Origin: an uncultured delta proteobacterium | Lineage (GTDB): Bacteria > Desulfobacterota > Binatia > DP-6 | DNA length: 64,000 nucleotides | NCBI GenBank assembly: GCA_963815115.1 | Contig: CAWFFN010000012.1 | Location: 543,260 to 607,259, forward strand | Direction of reading: 5' to 3' | In this document: positions 55,896-64,000 of the stretch, piece by piece | Position numbering within the stretch: position 1 is the first letter of the stretch | Layout of the letters: each line of letters starts with the position of its first letter | Position numbers and translations under genes: made by a program | Notes under the pieces: generated by a model | What the model was told of the DNA's origin: nothing | Databases searched by the model: none | The model's input: the letters and a program-made list of their open reading frames with translations, nothing else

Positions 55896-57827
55896 TCACC
55901 CGCCGAGCAACTGCCGCATCTGCCGGACGCCCGCATCGGTCGGAAACAGCCGCTCGGCGGCGGCCTGCGCCGATCGTGCGTCCTGCTCGCGGCCCGCCGC
56001 GCGCAGGAAGGTCACCAGGCCCACCCGCACGGCCGGATTCCCGGGGAGCAGGGTGACGAGGACCTCGAACTGGTCCGCGGCCTCGGCATACCGTCCCGCT
56101 CCGCGGAGCAGCGTCGCGTAGTTCATCCGCGCCAGGGCGTTGCGCGGAGCGAGCCGGATGGTCTCGAGATACTCGACCTCCGCCTCGGCCTGATGCCCCT
56201 GGCGCAGGAGGGCGTTGGCAAGGTTCAGGTGCAGGTCCGGCATCCGGGGATCGATGGCGAGCCCGCGGCGGAACACGGCCTCGGCCGCGGCCTCGTCGCC
56301 GTGCTCGCTGAAGGCACCGCCCAGATTGACGTAGGCGCTCACCAGATCGGGCTGGCGGTCGAGGGAGCGTTGGTATGCGTCGATCGCCTCCGCATAGCGT
56401 TTCGCCCGGACGAGAACGTTGCCGAGATTGTACAGGGTCATCGGCTCGTCGGGGGCGAGCCGGAGCGAGGTCTCGATCTCCGCGACCGCCTCGTCGTTCC
56501 GGTTCTCCTCGCTGAGAAGGAGCGCCAGCTCGCGGTGGCTGCGCGCGCTGCGGGGCGCGTCCGCCACCATGGTCCGAAAGAAGATCGGCGCGTCGCGCCA
56601 CACCGTGTTGCGCTCGATGGTACGCGCGCCGTACAGCGCGACGACGAGCGCGGCGAGTGCGGCCGTCAGCCTCGTTCCGCGTCCGATGGTCGTGATCCCG
56701 AACGCCAGCAGCAGACAGAATCCGGCGGACGGGAGATAGAGCAGCCGCTCCGCCATGATCGTGCCGATCAGGACGACGGCGTTGGACACGATCGAGAACG
56801 TGAGCGCGGAGAAGGCGATCGCGAAGCACACGTGGCGCTCGCGATACCAGCCCCACGCGGCGAGGCCGCCAGCGACCAGGAGCACGGCGACGCCCGCGCC
56901 GACGCGCGGGTCGGCGAGCGAGGTCGCGAGCTCGAATTGGGGGAACGAGTAGTCTGCGGACAGACGGACCGGCCAGATCAGGAGCCGGGCGTACGCTGCG
57001 ACGATCGCGAGGGCGCTGTACAGCCGCGATCCCGGCGACGCCGTTCCGAGCGGGTTGTCGAGCTGCAGCGGGAGCGGGGCGACACCATGCATGACGGCGG
57101 TGCGGATCAGGAGCGCGGCGATCGCGCCCAGCGCGAGCGCTCCGTATCCCCGGACGTCGAGCCGGCGCCGGTAGATCAGATCGGCCGCGATCGCGACCGC
57201 GACGATCGTGATCGCATTCTCCTTCGCGAGCACGCCGGCGAACAGCGTCAGCGCGGCCGCGGCATGCGCCGGCACGCTGCGCCGGGTGAGAACGATCCAC
57301 CACGCCAGGAGGGCGAGGAGGGCCGCCAGCACCTCGGCGCGGCCGACGACGCTCGCCACCGCCTCGGTGTGCACGGGATGGGCGGCGAACAGGAACGCCG
57401 CCAGGAGCGCGAGCGTCGCATCGCGGGTGACTCGAGCCAGCAGCAGCGCCAGCACGACGCACACGGCCGCGTGCAGGACGACGTTGACCGCGTGGTAGCC
57501 GAGGGGCGCCGCGCCGTGGATCGCGTAGTTCGCCGCGAAGCTTGCCGTCGTCACCGGGCGGTAGACGTCCATGTAGCCGTTCGGCGTGAACCATGATCCG
57601 GTCGTCACGATGCGCGCCAGGTCGACCTCCGCCACTGCCGGGTTCCGGACGATCGCGTTCACGTCGTCGTAGATCAGCCCCCCGCGCAGCGTGTTCAGGT
57701 AGCAGCCCAGCGCCACCGCCACGAGCAAAGCCAGGAGCAGGCCCGGGGGATGCCCGGCCGCCCGCACGCTCCCGGAAGGCGGCGGCGCACCGGTCCGGAC
57801 GTGCCGCCCGCCGCGGACGGCCGTCAT
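55896..57827 (-). CDS. TMTC/DUF1736-like polytopic membrane protein with C-terminal TPR repeats (PMT-like glycosyltransferase fold)
   Basis: N-terminal ...YLNTLRGGLIYDDVNAIVRNP is characteristic. About 10 TM helices. C-terminal TPR repeats (YNLGNVLVRAKRYAEAIDAYQRSLDRQPDLVSAYVNLG...). Confidence 0.75.
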   Translation of the reverse strand: MTAVRGGRHVRTGAPPPSGSVRAAGHPPGLLLALLVAVALGCYLNTLRGGLIYDDVNAIVRNPAVAEVDLARIVTTGSWFTPNGYMDVYRPVTTASFAANYAIHGAAPLGYHAVNVVLHAAVCVVLALLLARVTRDATLALLAAFLFAAHPVHTEAVASVVGRAEVLAALLALLAWWIVLTRRSVPAHAAAALTLFAGVLAKENAITIVAVAIAADLIYRRRLDVRGYGALALGAIAALLIRTAVMHGVAPLPLQLDNPLGTASPGSRLYSALAIVAAYARLLIWPVRLSADYSFPQFELATSLADPRVGAGVAVLLVAGGLAAWGWYRERHVCFAIAFSALTFSIVSNAVVLIGTIMAERLLYLPSAGFCLLLAFGITTIGRGTRLTAALAALVVALYGARTIERNTVWRDAPIFFRTMVADAPRSARSHRELALLLSEENRNDEAVAEIETSLRLAPDEPMTLYNLGNVLVRAKRYAEAIDAYQRSLDRQPDLVSAYVNLGGAFSEHGDEAAAEAVFRRGLAIDPRMPDLHLNLANALLRQGHQAEAEVEYLETIRLAPRNALARMNYATLLRGAGRYAEAADQFEVLVTLLPGNPAVRVGLVTFLRAAGREQDARSAQAAAERLFPTDAGVRQMRQLLGG

Positions 57828-58305
57828 CGTGCCCGGGCGCCCCGGGCCGGGATGCCGGCGTCACCGTGAGGGACTCGTGGAACCCCAGGCGCGCGTCTCG
57901 TCATGGTTCTCCACCCGAGCCGCGGCCATCCCGGGCGCGACGCGACCGTGGCTCGGTTCGGATGCGAAACGCTGGCAGCGATCGCTTCGTCTTGTCAACG
58001 CCCTCAGCCGCGCAGTCGGTCCTCGATCGCCTCGCGCACGAAGTCGTCGAGGGTCTTGGCGCCGAGCGCGGCCTGCAGGCGGATCGATCGTAGGCGGGAG
58101 ATGGGGAGGCGGATGTCGAGGGAGGAGAAGTCAGGGAGGAAGCCGGTCGTGCCTGCGTGGTCGTTCGTCGCGCGCGGTCGTGGCTTCTTGGTTCTCACCG
58201 GGACCTTCTTGCTGGGCATATGGTATGGTGCTCGATACCCGTGGCGCACGAGCCGCGTCTTGTCCGTGGGGGCCATTCTGTTGTCTAAGTGGGCCAAGTG
58301 CCGGG

Positions 58306-58858
58306 ATGGCAGAGCGGACCGTAGGCGTCCTGCAGCTGCTCGACCTGCTGAAGGCCTTGCGTTCGGTGGGGGCCGATTCCGGCCGCTTGTGCCGCGCGGC
58401 CGGTCTCGCGCCGGGTACGTTGCGGGATCTCGGCGCGAGGGTGCGGGGCTCCGACCCCATCGGTGTTTGCCAACCCGCTGGCGGCCGAACGGATCGAGGA
58501 TCTCGCCATCACCCTCGAGAAGCGGGCCGCTCGGACAAGTGAACGGGCCAGGGTGACGGACGTGGTGCGCACGATGGCGATCTCGGGCGTTCGCGCGCAT
58601 CGCCTGCGGGTCGCGCGCCAGCTCGGCATGAGCGGGCGAACGCTCCAGCGCGCCCTCGCCCGGGAAGGCGTGACCTTCACGGACGTCCGGGCCGAGGTGC
58701 TCTGGGACGCAGTGCCTTCGCTGCTCGCGAACCCGTCGTGCAAGGTGCAGGCGGTCGCGATGCAAGCCGGCTTCGCCGATGCGGCGGGCTTCTCGAAGGC
58801 GTTCCGACGGCGGATGGGCTGCTCGCCCAGCGACTACCGGAAGCGGCTCGCCAGGTAG
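58306..58858 (+). pseudogene. AraC-family regulator. The Arabinose_bd-type N-domain is reduced to about 50 aa and frameshifted relative to an intact C-terminal HTH domain.
   Basis: N-terminal frame (ATG 58306): MAERTVGVLQLLDLLKALRSVGADSGRLCRAAGLAPGTLRDLGARVRGSDPIGV, the start of an AraC-binding-like domain. C-terminal frame (GTG 58463): ...HRLRVARQLGMSGRTLQRALAREGVTFTDVRAEVLWDAV...QAGFADAAGFSKAFRRRMGCSPSDYRK, the AraC HTH. The 131-aa HTH-only ORF could alternatively be a stand-alone protein. Confidence 0.5.
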
Positions 58859-58931
58859 CGAGGCGCGCTGCGGGGCGCATCTTGACCTCGATCGGGGGAG
58901 GGGTGAAGGTCCAGTCGAGGAGGTGATCGAC

Positions 58932-59555
58932 ATGGCGACCTGGGCGGCCAAGGGGCAGTACATGGAGGCGTGTAGCTGCGATTTTCTCTGTCCGTGCGTT
59001 CCAAAGAACGCGACCACGCCGGCGACCCACGATTTCTGCAAGGTCGCCCTGACGTTCGCGATCGATTCCGGACGGTACGGCGACGTCCCGCTCGACGGGG
59101 TGCGTTTCGTCTTCTTCGCGCAGTCGAAGGCCATCATGACCCACGGCGACTGGATCGGCGGGGTGGTCATCGATTCCGCCGCCAGCGACGCGCAGGCCGA
59201 GGCCGTCGGGGCCCTCGCCAGCGGCGCGGCCGGCGGTCCTCTCGGGCTGTTCGCACCCTTGCTCGGCGATTTTCGAGGCGTGCAGCGGCATCCCATCCAC
59301 GTCACGCAGGACGGCCACAACGTGAGCGTCAGGATCGACGGCCTGCTCGATCAAAGCGTCGTCGGGGTCGAGAGCGTGTCGGTGCCGGGCGCGTGCGTCG
59401 CCATCGACAACACCTTCCACCCGGTGAACAAGCGGCTGAACCTCGCCACCGCGCTGCGCAACGTGATCAGCGCCTTCGGGATCGAGTGGAAGGGAGAGCC
59501 GGGAAGGACCAACGGACACTTCGCGCCCTTCGACTGGAGGGGCGAGACTGCGTGA
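58932..59555 (+). CDS. DUF1326-family protein
   Basis: GAGGAGG as RBS. N-terminal MATWAAKGQYMEACSCDFLCPCV (the CxC...CPC motif of DUF1326). 207 aa. Confidence 0.75.
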   Translation: MATWAAKGQYMEACSCDFLCPCVPKNATTPATHDFCKVALTFAIDSGRYGDVPLDGVRFVFFAQSKAIMTHGDWIGGVVIDSAASDAQAEAVGALASGAAGGPLGLFAPLLGDFRGVQRHPIHVTQDGHNVSVRIDGLLDQSVVGVESVSVPGACVAIDNTFHPVNKRLNLATALRNVISAFGIEWKGEPGRTNGHFAPFDWRGETA

Positions 59556-60310
59556 ATGTCCGGTTCTCGCGGCTCCTGACCTTCGCCGTTCTCGTCGCGA
59601 TCGGCGGGATCGCATGGGCGTTCCTGGTACGCAGCGAGGAGGCCATGACGACCATGGCGGGCGACGGGCCGATCGTCCGGCTGATGTGGCTGATGATGCG
59701 GCCGGCGGAGTTCCTGCCATACTTCTTCGCCGCGGCGCTCATGTGGGTGATCATGATGATCGCCATGATGGTGCCTGCCGTGGTGCCGATGGTCATGGTG
59801 ATGCGCGGCGTCGACGGCGGCCCGCATCGCGAGCGCGACACGCTGCTGTTCGCCGCGGGGTATCTCATCGGATGGAGCGCGTTCGGCCTGGTGGCGGCAT
59901 TCCTCCAGCTCTGGCTGCACGCCCGCGGCGTGCTCGGCGGCGATCGGCTGGCGGTCGGCGCGCTCGGCGCCGGACTGCTCCTGCTCGCGGCGGGCATGTA
60001 CCAGCTCACTCCGTGGAAGGCGGCCTGCCTGCGTCACTGCCGCAGCCCGGCGAGCTTCTTCCTCGAGCACTGGTCGCCCGGTGGCCGCGGCGCTCTCGCC
60101 ATGGGGCTGCGCCACGGCCTCTACTGCGTCGGCTGCTGCTGGGTGCTGATGCTGCTGATGTTCGTCGGCGGCACGATGAGCGTGCTCACGATGGCGGCGC
60201 TGTGCGCCTTCATCCTCGCCGAGCGCCTGCTGCCGGACGGGCCGTGGGTCTCGCGCATCCCCGGCACGGCGATGATCGTGTCGGGCGCGCTCTTGATTGC
60301 GTCGCGCTGA
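59552..60310 (+). CDS. DUF2182-family predicted metal-binding integral membrane protein
   Basis: GTGA start/stop overlap with the DUF1326 gene. About 6 TM helices and the conserved Cys/His pattern (CLRHCRSP, HGLYCVGCCW). It is the usual genomic partner of DUF1326. Confidence 0.7.
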   Translation: MNVRFSRLLTFAVLVAIGGIAWAFLVRSEEAMTTMAGDGPIVRLMWLMMRPAEFLPYFFAAALMWVIMMIAMMVPAVVPMVMVMRGVDGGPHRERDTLLFAAGYLIGWSAFGLVAAFLQLWLHARGVLGGDRLAVGALGAGLLLLAAGMYQLTPWKAACLRHCRSPASFFLEHWSPGGRGALAMGLRHGLYCVGCCWVLMLLMFVGGTMSVLTMAALCAFILAERLLPDGPWVSRIPGTAMIVSGALLIASR

Positions 60311-61320
60311 GGCGACGGACCCCGGCGCCGGCCAGGAGAGCCGGCGCCGGGGGTTGGGGTCGCTAGAACCGCAGCGTGTGGCTACGGCACGGCGAAGAAC
60401 TGCGCGTTCCCGGGCAGGCTGAGCGAGCCCGGGCCCGGCAGATCGGCGAGCCCGTCGAGGGCCAGGCTGCCGGTCTGCGGGATGCAGAAGTTGCTCACGA
60501 GCACGCCGGCGTGCGGCGCGCCGTCGGAGAGATCACCCGCCGGCGATCCGTTCTGCGTGATCGCCTGCGTCGCCGCCTGCCCGAAGGCGCCCGCGTGCGG
60601 CTGCGCCGGGCAGAAGAGCCCGTCGGCCGCCGTGGTCGTCACCGGGGCCGAGGTCAGCGGGTTGAGGCTGATGGGCAGCGTGGCCACGAAGGTCCCAGGA
60701 TCCGGTAGACAATCGACCGACGTCTGCGTGCTGTTGCCGGTCGTGCAGGGCTGGCCGGCGCTGGGGCCGGAGTTGCAGAACCCGCCGTCGCAGATCGGGC
60801 AGATGGTGGGCTTGCCGAGCGTCAGGTAGACGAACGACGCCAGCTCGATGTCGACCGTCGACTCGCCCGTGGCGACGTTGAGCGTCCCGCTGGCATCCTG
60901 CGCGAAGGCGTTCACCACGCAGCTCGGCGGGAAGCCGTTCACCAGGACCGGCGGGCCGAAGTAGCAGGTCGGATCGGTCTGGCAGCCGCCCGGCGCGAAG
61001 CATGCCGAGTCGTCGGTGCACTCGACCGCCGGGTTGTTGACGCAGTGCTTGACGGAGCCCTGCGGCCCCACCGAGCAGTCCGTCCGGCTCGTCCCCAGGC
61101 TGCCGGACAACGTCGTGCCGTCGGGGCTGTCGAGGACCGTGGTGGCGTTCTCCGGAATGATCGACGGGTTCACCGTCGCCGCGCCGCCACCGATGTAGAG
61201 GCAGCCCGCTCCGAGGTCGACGAGCTTCGTGCCGACGAGGTCGGAGTCGAGCTCACCCGAGAAGGGCGGATCGGCCGGCGTGCCGAACCCGTTCGCGCCG
61301 CAGTTGGCCGTGCCTGCGCT
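60308..61320. repeat. copy 1 of a >1 kb direct repeat (3' half of the secreted-protein gene plus terminator hairpin)
   Basis: 100% identical to 63061..64000 across the CDS. Only the 70 nt flank shows a few mismatches (offset 2679 nt). Confidence 0.85.
60320..60352. terminator. bidirectional terminator-like hairpin between convergent genes (13-bp perfect stem, 7-nt loop, no U-tract)
   Basis: CCCCGGCGCCGGC-caggaga-GCCGGCGCCGGGG. Confidence 0.5.
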
Positions 61321-62532
61321 CGTCGTGAACGACAGGTGCTGGCCGAGCGGCGGCGGGGCGGTCGTCGTCGTCGTGCTCGTCGTGGTGGTCGTGGTGCTGG
61401 TGGTGGGCACGCTCTGCTGGCGATTCAAGTCGATCGAGAACTGGTCGATGAGCTGCTCGAGCGGCGCGAGCTGCGTCGGCGTGCCGCACGCCTTCAAGGA
61501 CGAGTTGAACGACGCGCCGGCCTTCGTCACACACGCCGGGTCCGTCGCGGTGCCGCTCTTGGCGCCCGACGAGAAGCACTTGGCGACGGCCTGGAGCTTC
61601 TTGCCGATCGACGTGAGCTTCTTGCCGAAGCAGACGTCCGGTCCCGGCGACCCGCCGGTCACGATCTGGATCGCCTGCCCGATGACGGCGTTGACCGACG
61701 CCCCGGTGGCGTCGGCGTCCGGGCTCACCAGGCAGTCGCCCTTCTTCTGCGCATTGGTGAAGCCCTTGGTCAGCGTGTCGGTCGCCTTCTGGAGACAGGC
61801 GTCGTCCACCGGCAGGCCCTTCTGGAGGGCCTTGGCGTAGCAGCTCGCGACCGCCTTCGCCTGCTTCCCGGCGGCGTCGTCGAGGCCCTGCGCGCACTTG
61901 CTCGCCGGCTGGGCCACCGACACGAAGGCGACGTTGTCCATGCTGAAGATCTCGACCCCGAAGAAGAGATCGCCCGGCACCCCGCAGCTGTGGCTGCTGG
62001 TGACGACCACCTGCTCCGCGCCCGGCGGTGGCAGTGTGAGGGAGAGGGTCTCGCCCGCCATGTCGGCGGTCTGGGTGTCGGAGTCCAGGAGGGTGCCGTC
62101 ATGCGCGAAGCCCTGGATCGTCACGATGCTGGCTCCCATGCAGTCGATCCCGAACGTCCCCGTGTCGAACTGGAAATACTGGATCGGCGGATAGAAGGTG
62201 AGGAACTCGGGCGATTGGGCGAGTCCGCCGGTGACCACCGGGAACGCGCTCAGGAAGTAGATGTTGTTCGGCAGGGAGATGTACGGCACTTCCTCGGGGT
62301 TGAACGCTGGGTTGAAGAGACCGCCGCTGTTCTGTCCGAACCCGGCGAACTGGACTCCCCGGTTCACGTACTGGTCGGTGACGACGAGGAAAGGGATCTG
62401 CTGGTTCGGTCCGAGATCGATGTCGTCGAAGTTGACCAGCGTCGCGGTCACCGGCGGAGGCATGAGCTGCGCCCCCGCGCTACCGGCGAGCGCCGTGAGC
62501 AGCAGGGCGCTCGCGATCCGTGAGATTCTCAT
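60382..62532 (-). CDS. large secreted Cys-rich protein: K/A-rich paired-Cys helical domain, poly-Thr linker, Cys-rich C-terminal domain
   Basis: 716 aa. Signal peptide MRISRIASALLLTALAGSAGAQ. ...KCAQGLDDAAGKQAKAVASCYAKALQKG..., linker TTSTTTTTTSTTTTT, and a C-terminal half with about 30 cysteines. Confidence 0.7.
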   Translation of the reverse strand: MRISRIASALLLTALAGSAGAQLMPPPVTATLVNFDDIDLGPNQQIPFLVVTDQYVNRGVQFAGFGQNSGGLFNPAFNPEEVPYISLPNNIYFLSAFPVVTGGLAQSPEFLTFYPPIQYFQFDTGTFGIDCMGASIVTIQGFAHDGTLLDSDTQTADMAGETLSLTLPPPGAEQVVVTSSHSCGVPGDLFFGVEIFSMDNVAFVSVAQPASKCAQGLDDAAGKQAKAVASCYAKALQKGLPVDDACLQKATDTLTKGFTNAQKKGDCLVSPDADATGASVNAVIGQAIQIVTGGSPGPDVCFGKKLTSIGKKLQAVAKCFSSGAKSGTATDPACVTKAGASFNSSLKACGTPTQLAPLEQLIDQFSIDLNRQQSVPTTSTTTTTTSTTTTTAPPPLGQHLSFTTSAGTANCGANGFGTPADPPFSGELDSDLVGTKLVDLGAGCLYIGGGAATVNPSIIPENATTVLDSPDGTTLSGSLGTSRTDCSVGPQGSVKHCVNNPAVECTDDSACFAPGGCQTDPTCYFGPPVLVNGFPPSCVVNAFAQDASGTLNVATGESTVDIELASFVYLTLGKPTICPICDGGFCNSGPSAGQPCTTGNSTQTSVDCLPDPGTFVATLPISLNPLTSAPVTTTAADGLFCPAQPHAGAFGQAATQAITQNGSPAGDLSDGAPHAGVLVSNFCIPQTGSLALDGLADLPGPGSLSLPGNAQFFAVP

Positions 62533-62986
62533 ACGAAGCCCCCCTGACGTTGTGCAGCGTTGGACGAATGCTTCGTCGCCGGCGCGTGAGGCGCCGGCGC
62601 GATCCCCGGGGCCTCGGGTCAGGCAGCTCCCATGGGTTCACCCTCCTGAAGGCGCCTGACCTGGATACATTCGCTGCGTGTCCCGGAGGGCTCAGCATGC
62701 GCCGCGGGCACCTTCGTCACACGAGACGGCGGGCTGGCTGCGCTCGAGCGAAGTGACAGCTTCGCCCGGTCTCCGGCTGCTTCGGGGTGAAGCCGAGCGC
62801 TCGAGATCGTCCGGGATGCACCGACGAACATGCCGTCGACATCCCGTCGAGCCCCGGCGGAGCAGGTGGATACTGACACGTCAGTTTCCGGGGTGGCGGG
62901 TACTCCCCCTCGGAGACGGATGTCAAGCATCCTACCGCCTGGACCGAGCCACCCGGCGCGTGAACGTCGCCCATTCTCCAACGAAG

Positions 62987-64000
62987 TGAGGCGACGGACC
63001 CCGGCGCCGGCCAGGAGAGCCGGCGCCGGGGGTTGGGTCGCCCAGAACCGCAGCGTGCTGCTACGGCACGGCGAAGAACTGCGCGTTCCCGGGCAGGCTG
63101 AGCGAGCCCGGGCCCGGCAGATCGGCGAGCCCGTCGAGGGCCAGGCTGCCGGTCTGCGGGATGCAGAAGTTGCTCACGAGCACGCCGGCGTGCGGCGCGC
63201 CGTCGGAGAGATCACCCGCCGGCGATCCGTTCTGCGTGATCGCCTGCGTCGCCGCCTGCCCGAAGGCGCCCGCGTGCGGCTGCGCCGGGCAGAAGAGCCC
63301 GTCGGCCGCCGTGGTCGTCACCGGGGCCGAGGTCAGCGGGTTGAGGCTGATGGGCAGCGTGGCCACGAAGGTCCCAGGATCCGGTAGACAATCGACCGAC
63401 GTCTGCGTGCTGTTGCCGGTCGTGCAGGGCTGGCCGGCGCTGGGGCCGGAGTTGCAGAACCCGCCGTCGCAGATCGGGCAGATGGTGGGCTTGCCGAGCG
63501 TCAGGTAGACGAACGACGCCAGCTCGATGTCGACCGTCGACTCGCCCGTGGCGACGTTGAGCGTCCCGCTGGCATCCTGCGCGAAGGCGTTCACCACGCA
63601 GCTCGGCGGGAAGCCGTTCACCAGGACCGGCGGGCCGAAGTAGCAGGTCGGATCGGTCTGGCAGCCGCCCGGCGCGAAGCATGCCGAGTCGTCGGTGCAC
63701 TCGACCGCCGGGTTGTTGACGCAGTGCTTGACGGAGCCCTGCGGCCCCACCGAGCAGTCCGTCCGGCTCGTCCCCAGGCTGCCGGACAACGTCGTGCCGT
63801 CGGGGCTGTCGAGGACCGTGGTGGCGTTCTCCGGAATGATCGACGGGTTCACCGTCGCCGCGCCGCCACCGATGTAGAGGCAGCCCGCTCCGAGGTCGAC
63901 GAGCTTCGTGCCGACGAGGTCGGAGTCGAGCTCACCCGAGAAGGGCGGATCGGCCGGCGTGCCGAACCCGTTCGCGCCGCAGTTGGCCGTGCCTGCGCTC
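62987..64000. repeat. copy 2 of the direct repeat, running off the window end
   Basis: Includes a second hairpin at 62999..63031 identical to 60320..60352. Confidence 0.85.
63061..64000 (-). CDS. paralogous secreted Cys-rich protein; only the C-terminal part is in the window and the gene continues past 64000
   Basis: Translation is identical to the C-terminal 313 aa of the 60382..62532 protein. The reading frame stays open to the window edge. Confidence 0.7.
   Translation of the reverse strand, partial: SAGTANCGANGFGTPADPPFSGELDSDLVGTKLVDLGAGCLYIGGGAATVNPSIIPENATTVLDSPDGTTLSGSLGTSRTDCSVGPQGSVKHCVNNPAVECTDDSACFAPGGCQTDPTCYFGPPVLVNGFPPSCVVNAFAQDASGTLNVATGESTVDIELASFVYLTLGKPTICPICDGGFCNSGPSAGQPCTTGNSTQTSVDCLPDPGTFVATLPISLNPLTSAPVTTTAADGLFCPAQPHAGAFGQAATQAITQNGSPAGDLSDGAPHAGVLVSNFCIPQTGSLALDGLADLPGPGSLSLPGNAQFFAVP

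Noticed and set aside
55440-57864. ORFs 55440..57596(+) and 55594..57864(-) spanning the TPR membrane-protein gene
   Set aside because: The plus-strand ORF is antisense to a gene with clear TMTC/TPR features. Of the minus-strand ORF only the last 94 codons (55594-55878) form a plausible separate gene, because the rest is off-frame overlap.
58004-59320. 438-aa minus-strand ORF
   Set aside because: It is antisense to a recognisable AraC HTH and to the DUF1326 gene, and its translation is low-complexity.

Overview
This is a 64 kb chromosome segment with about 70% GC. The gene content points to a Myxococcota- or deltaproteobacterial-type organism: Myxococcus-type Cys-rich repeats, secreted proteins with poly-Thr linkers, and fused b/c-type cytochromes. 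The calls below are made on both strands from protein motifs, RBS/start-codon context, GC3 frame bias and DNA-level repeat alignment.

Layout:
- 0-11.6 kb, minus strand. A Phd-like antitoxin runs off the window edge. After it come a GFA-family gene and rpiA, then glgP, a phosphoglucomutase carrying two frameshifts, a 42-codon phosphoketolase relic, tkt, a HAD hydrolase, an amidohydrolase and a Cys-rich secreted protein.
- 11.9-20.8 kb. A DUF4126 protein is followed by comA and comB (phosphosulfolactate synthase and phosphatase), a GT4 glycosyltransferase, an ATP-grasp ligase and an SDR. Convergent on the minus strand are a Wzx-like flippase and a GT39/PMT-like membrane glycosyltransferase. This is the most novel-looking biosynthetic module in the window.
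- 21.0-30.9 kb, an accessory, decaying island. Flanked by an MntA/HepT pair and a Phd/ParE pair. Inside are Cys-rich secreted proteins with Thr linkers, a conserved ATGTTCCC-N5-TGTCAC motif upstream of three genes, a vanadium-haloperoxidase/PAP2-like pseudogene, PLD-like fragments, an (EQTTTT)4 linker gene with a frameshift, and a seven-unit NHL-repeat gene with about one indel per repeat.
- 30.9-38.3 kb. A multidomain signalling-like protein, an OMP beta-barrel, an S1 protease with PPC and Myxococcus Cys repeats, an SDR, and a BON-LysM protein.
- 38.4-47.2 kb. An aerobic respiratory supercluster: coxB (caa3-type), coxA, coxC, an unknown membrane protein, a dihaem cytochrome c lipoprotein, a Rieske protein, a cytochrome b/c fusion, and a CtaG/CopD-like domain fused to a polyferredoxin.
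- 47.2-52 kb. Aldose epimerase, msrA, a GST, a tRNA-Sec (selC), a DUF4404-like gene, rpsU, an acidic (EPDD)n-repeat protein, a small protein and a basic histone-like protein.
- 52-60.3 kb. A secreted protein, a dienelactone hydrolase, a transglutaminase-like protein, a glycine-zipper lipoprotein, a TMTC-like TPR membrane protein, an internally truncated AraC regulator, and a DUF1326/DUF2182 pair.
- 60.3-64 kb. A 716-aa secreted Cys-rich protein, then a second copy of its 3' half plus terminator hairpin. More than 1 kb is 100% identical between the copies.

The frameshifts could be real pseudogenes or assembly indels. I cannot distinguish these from the sequence alone.
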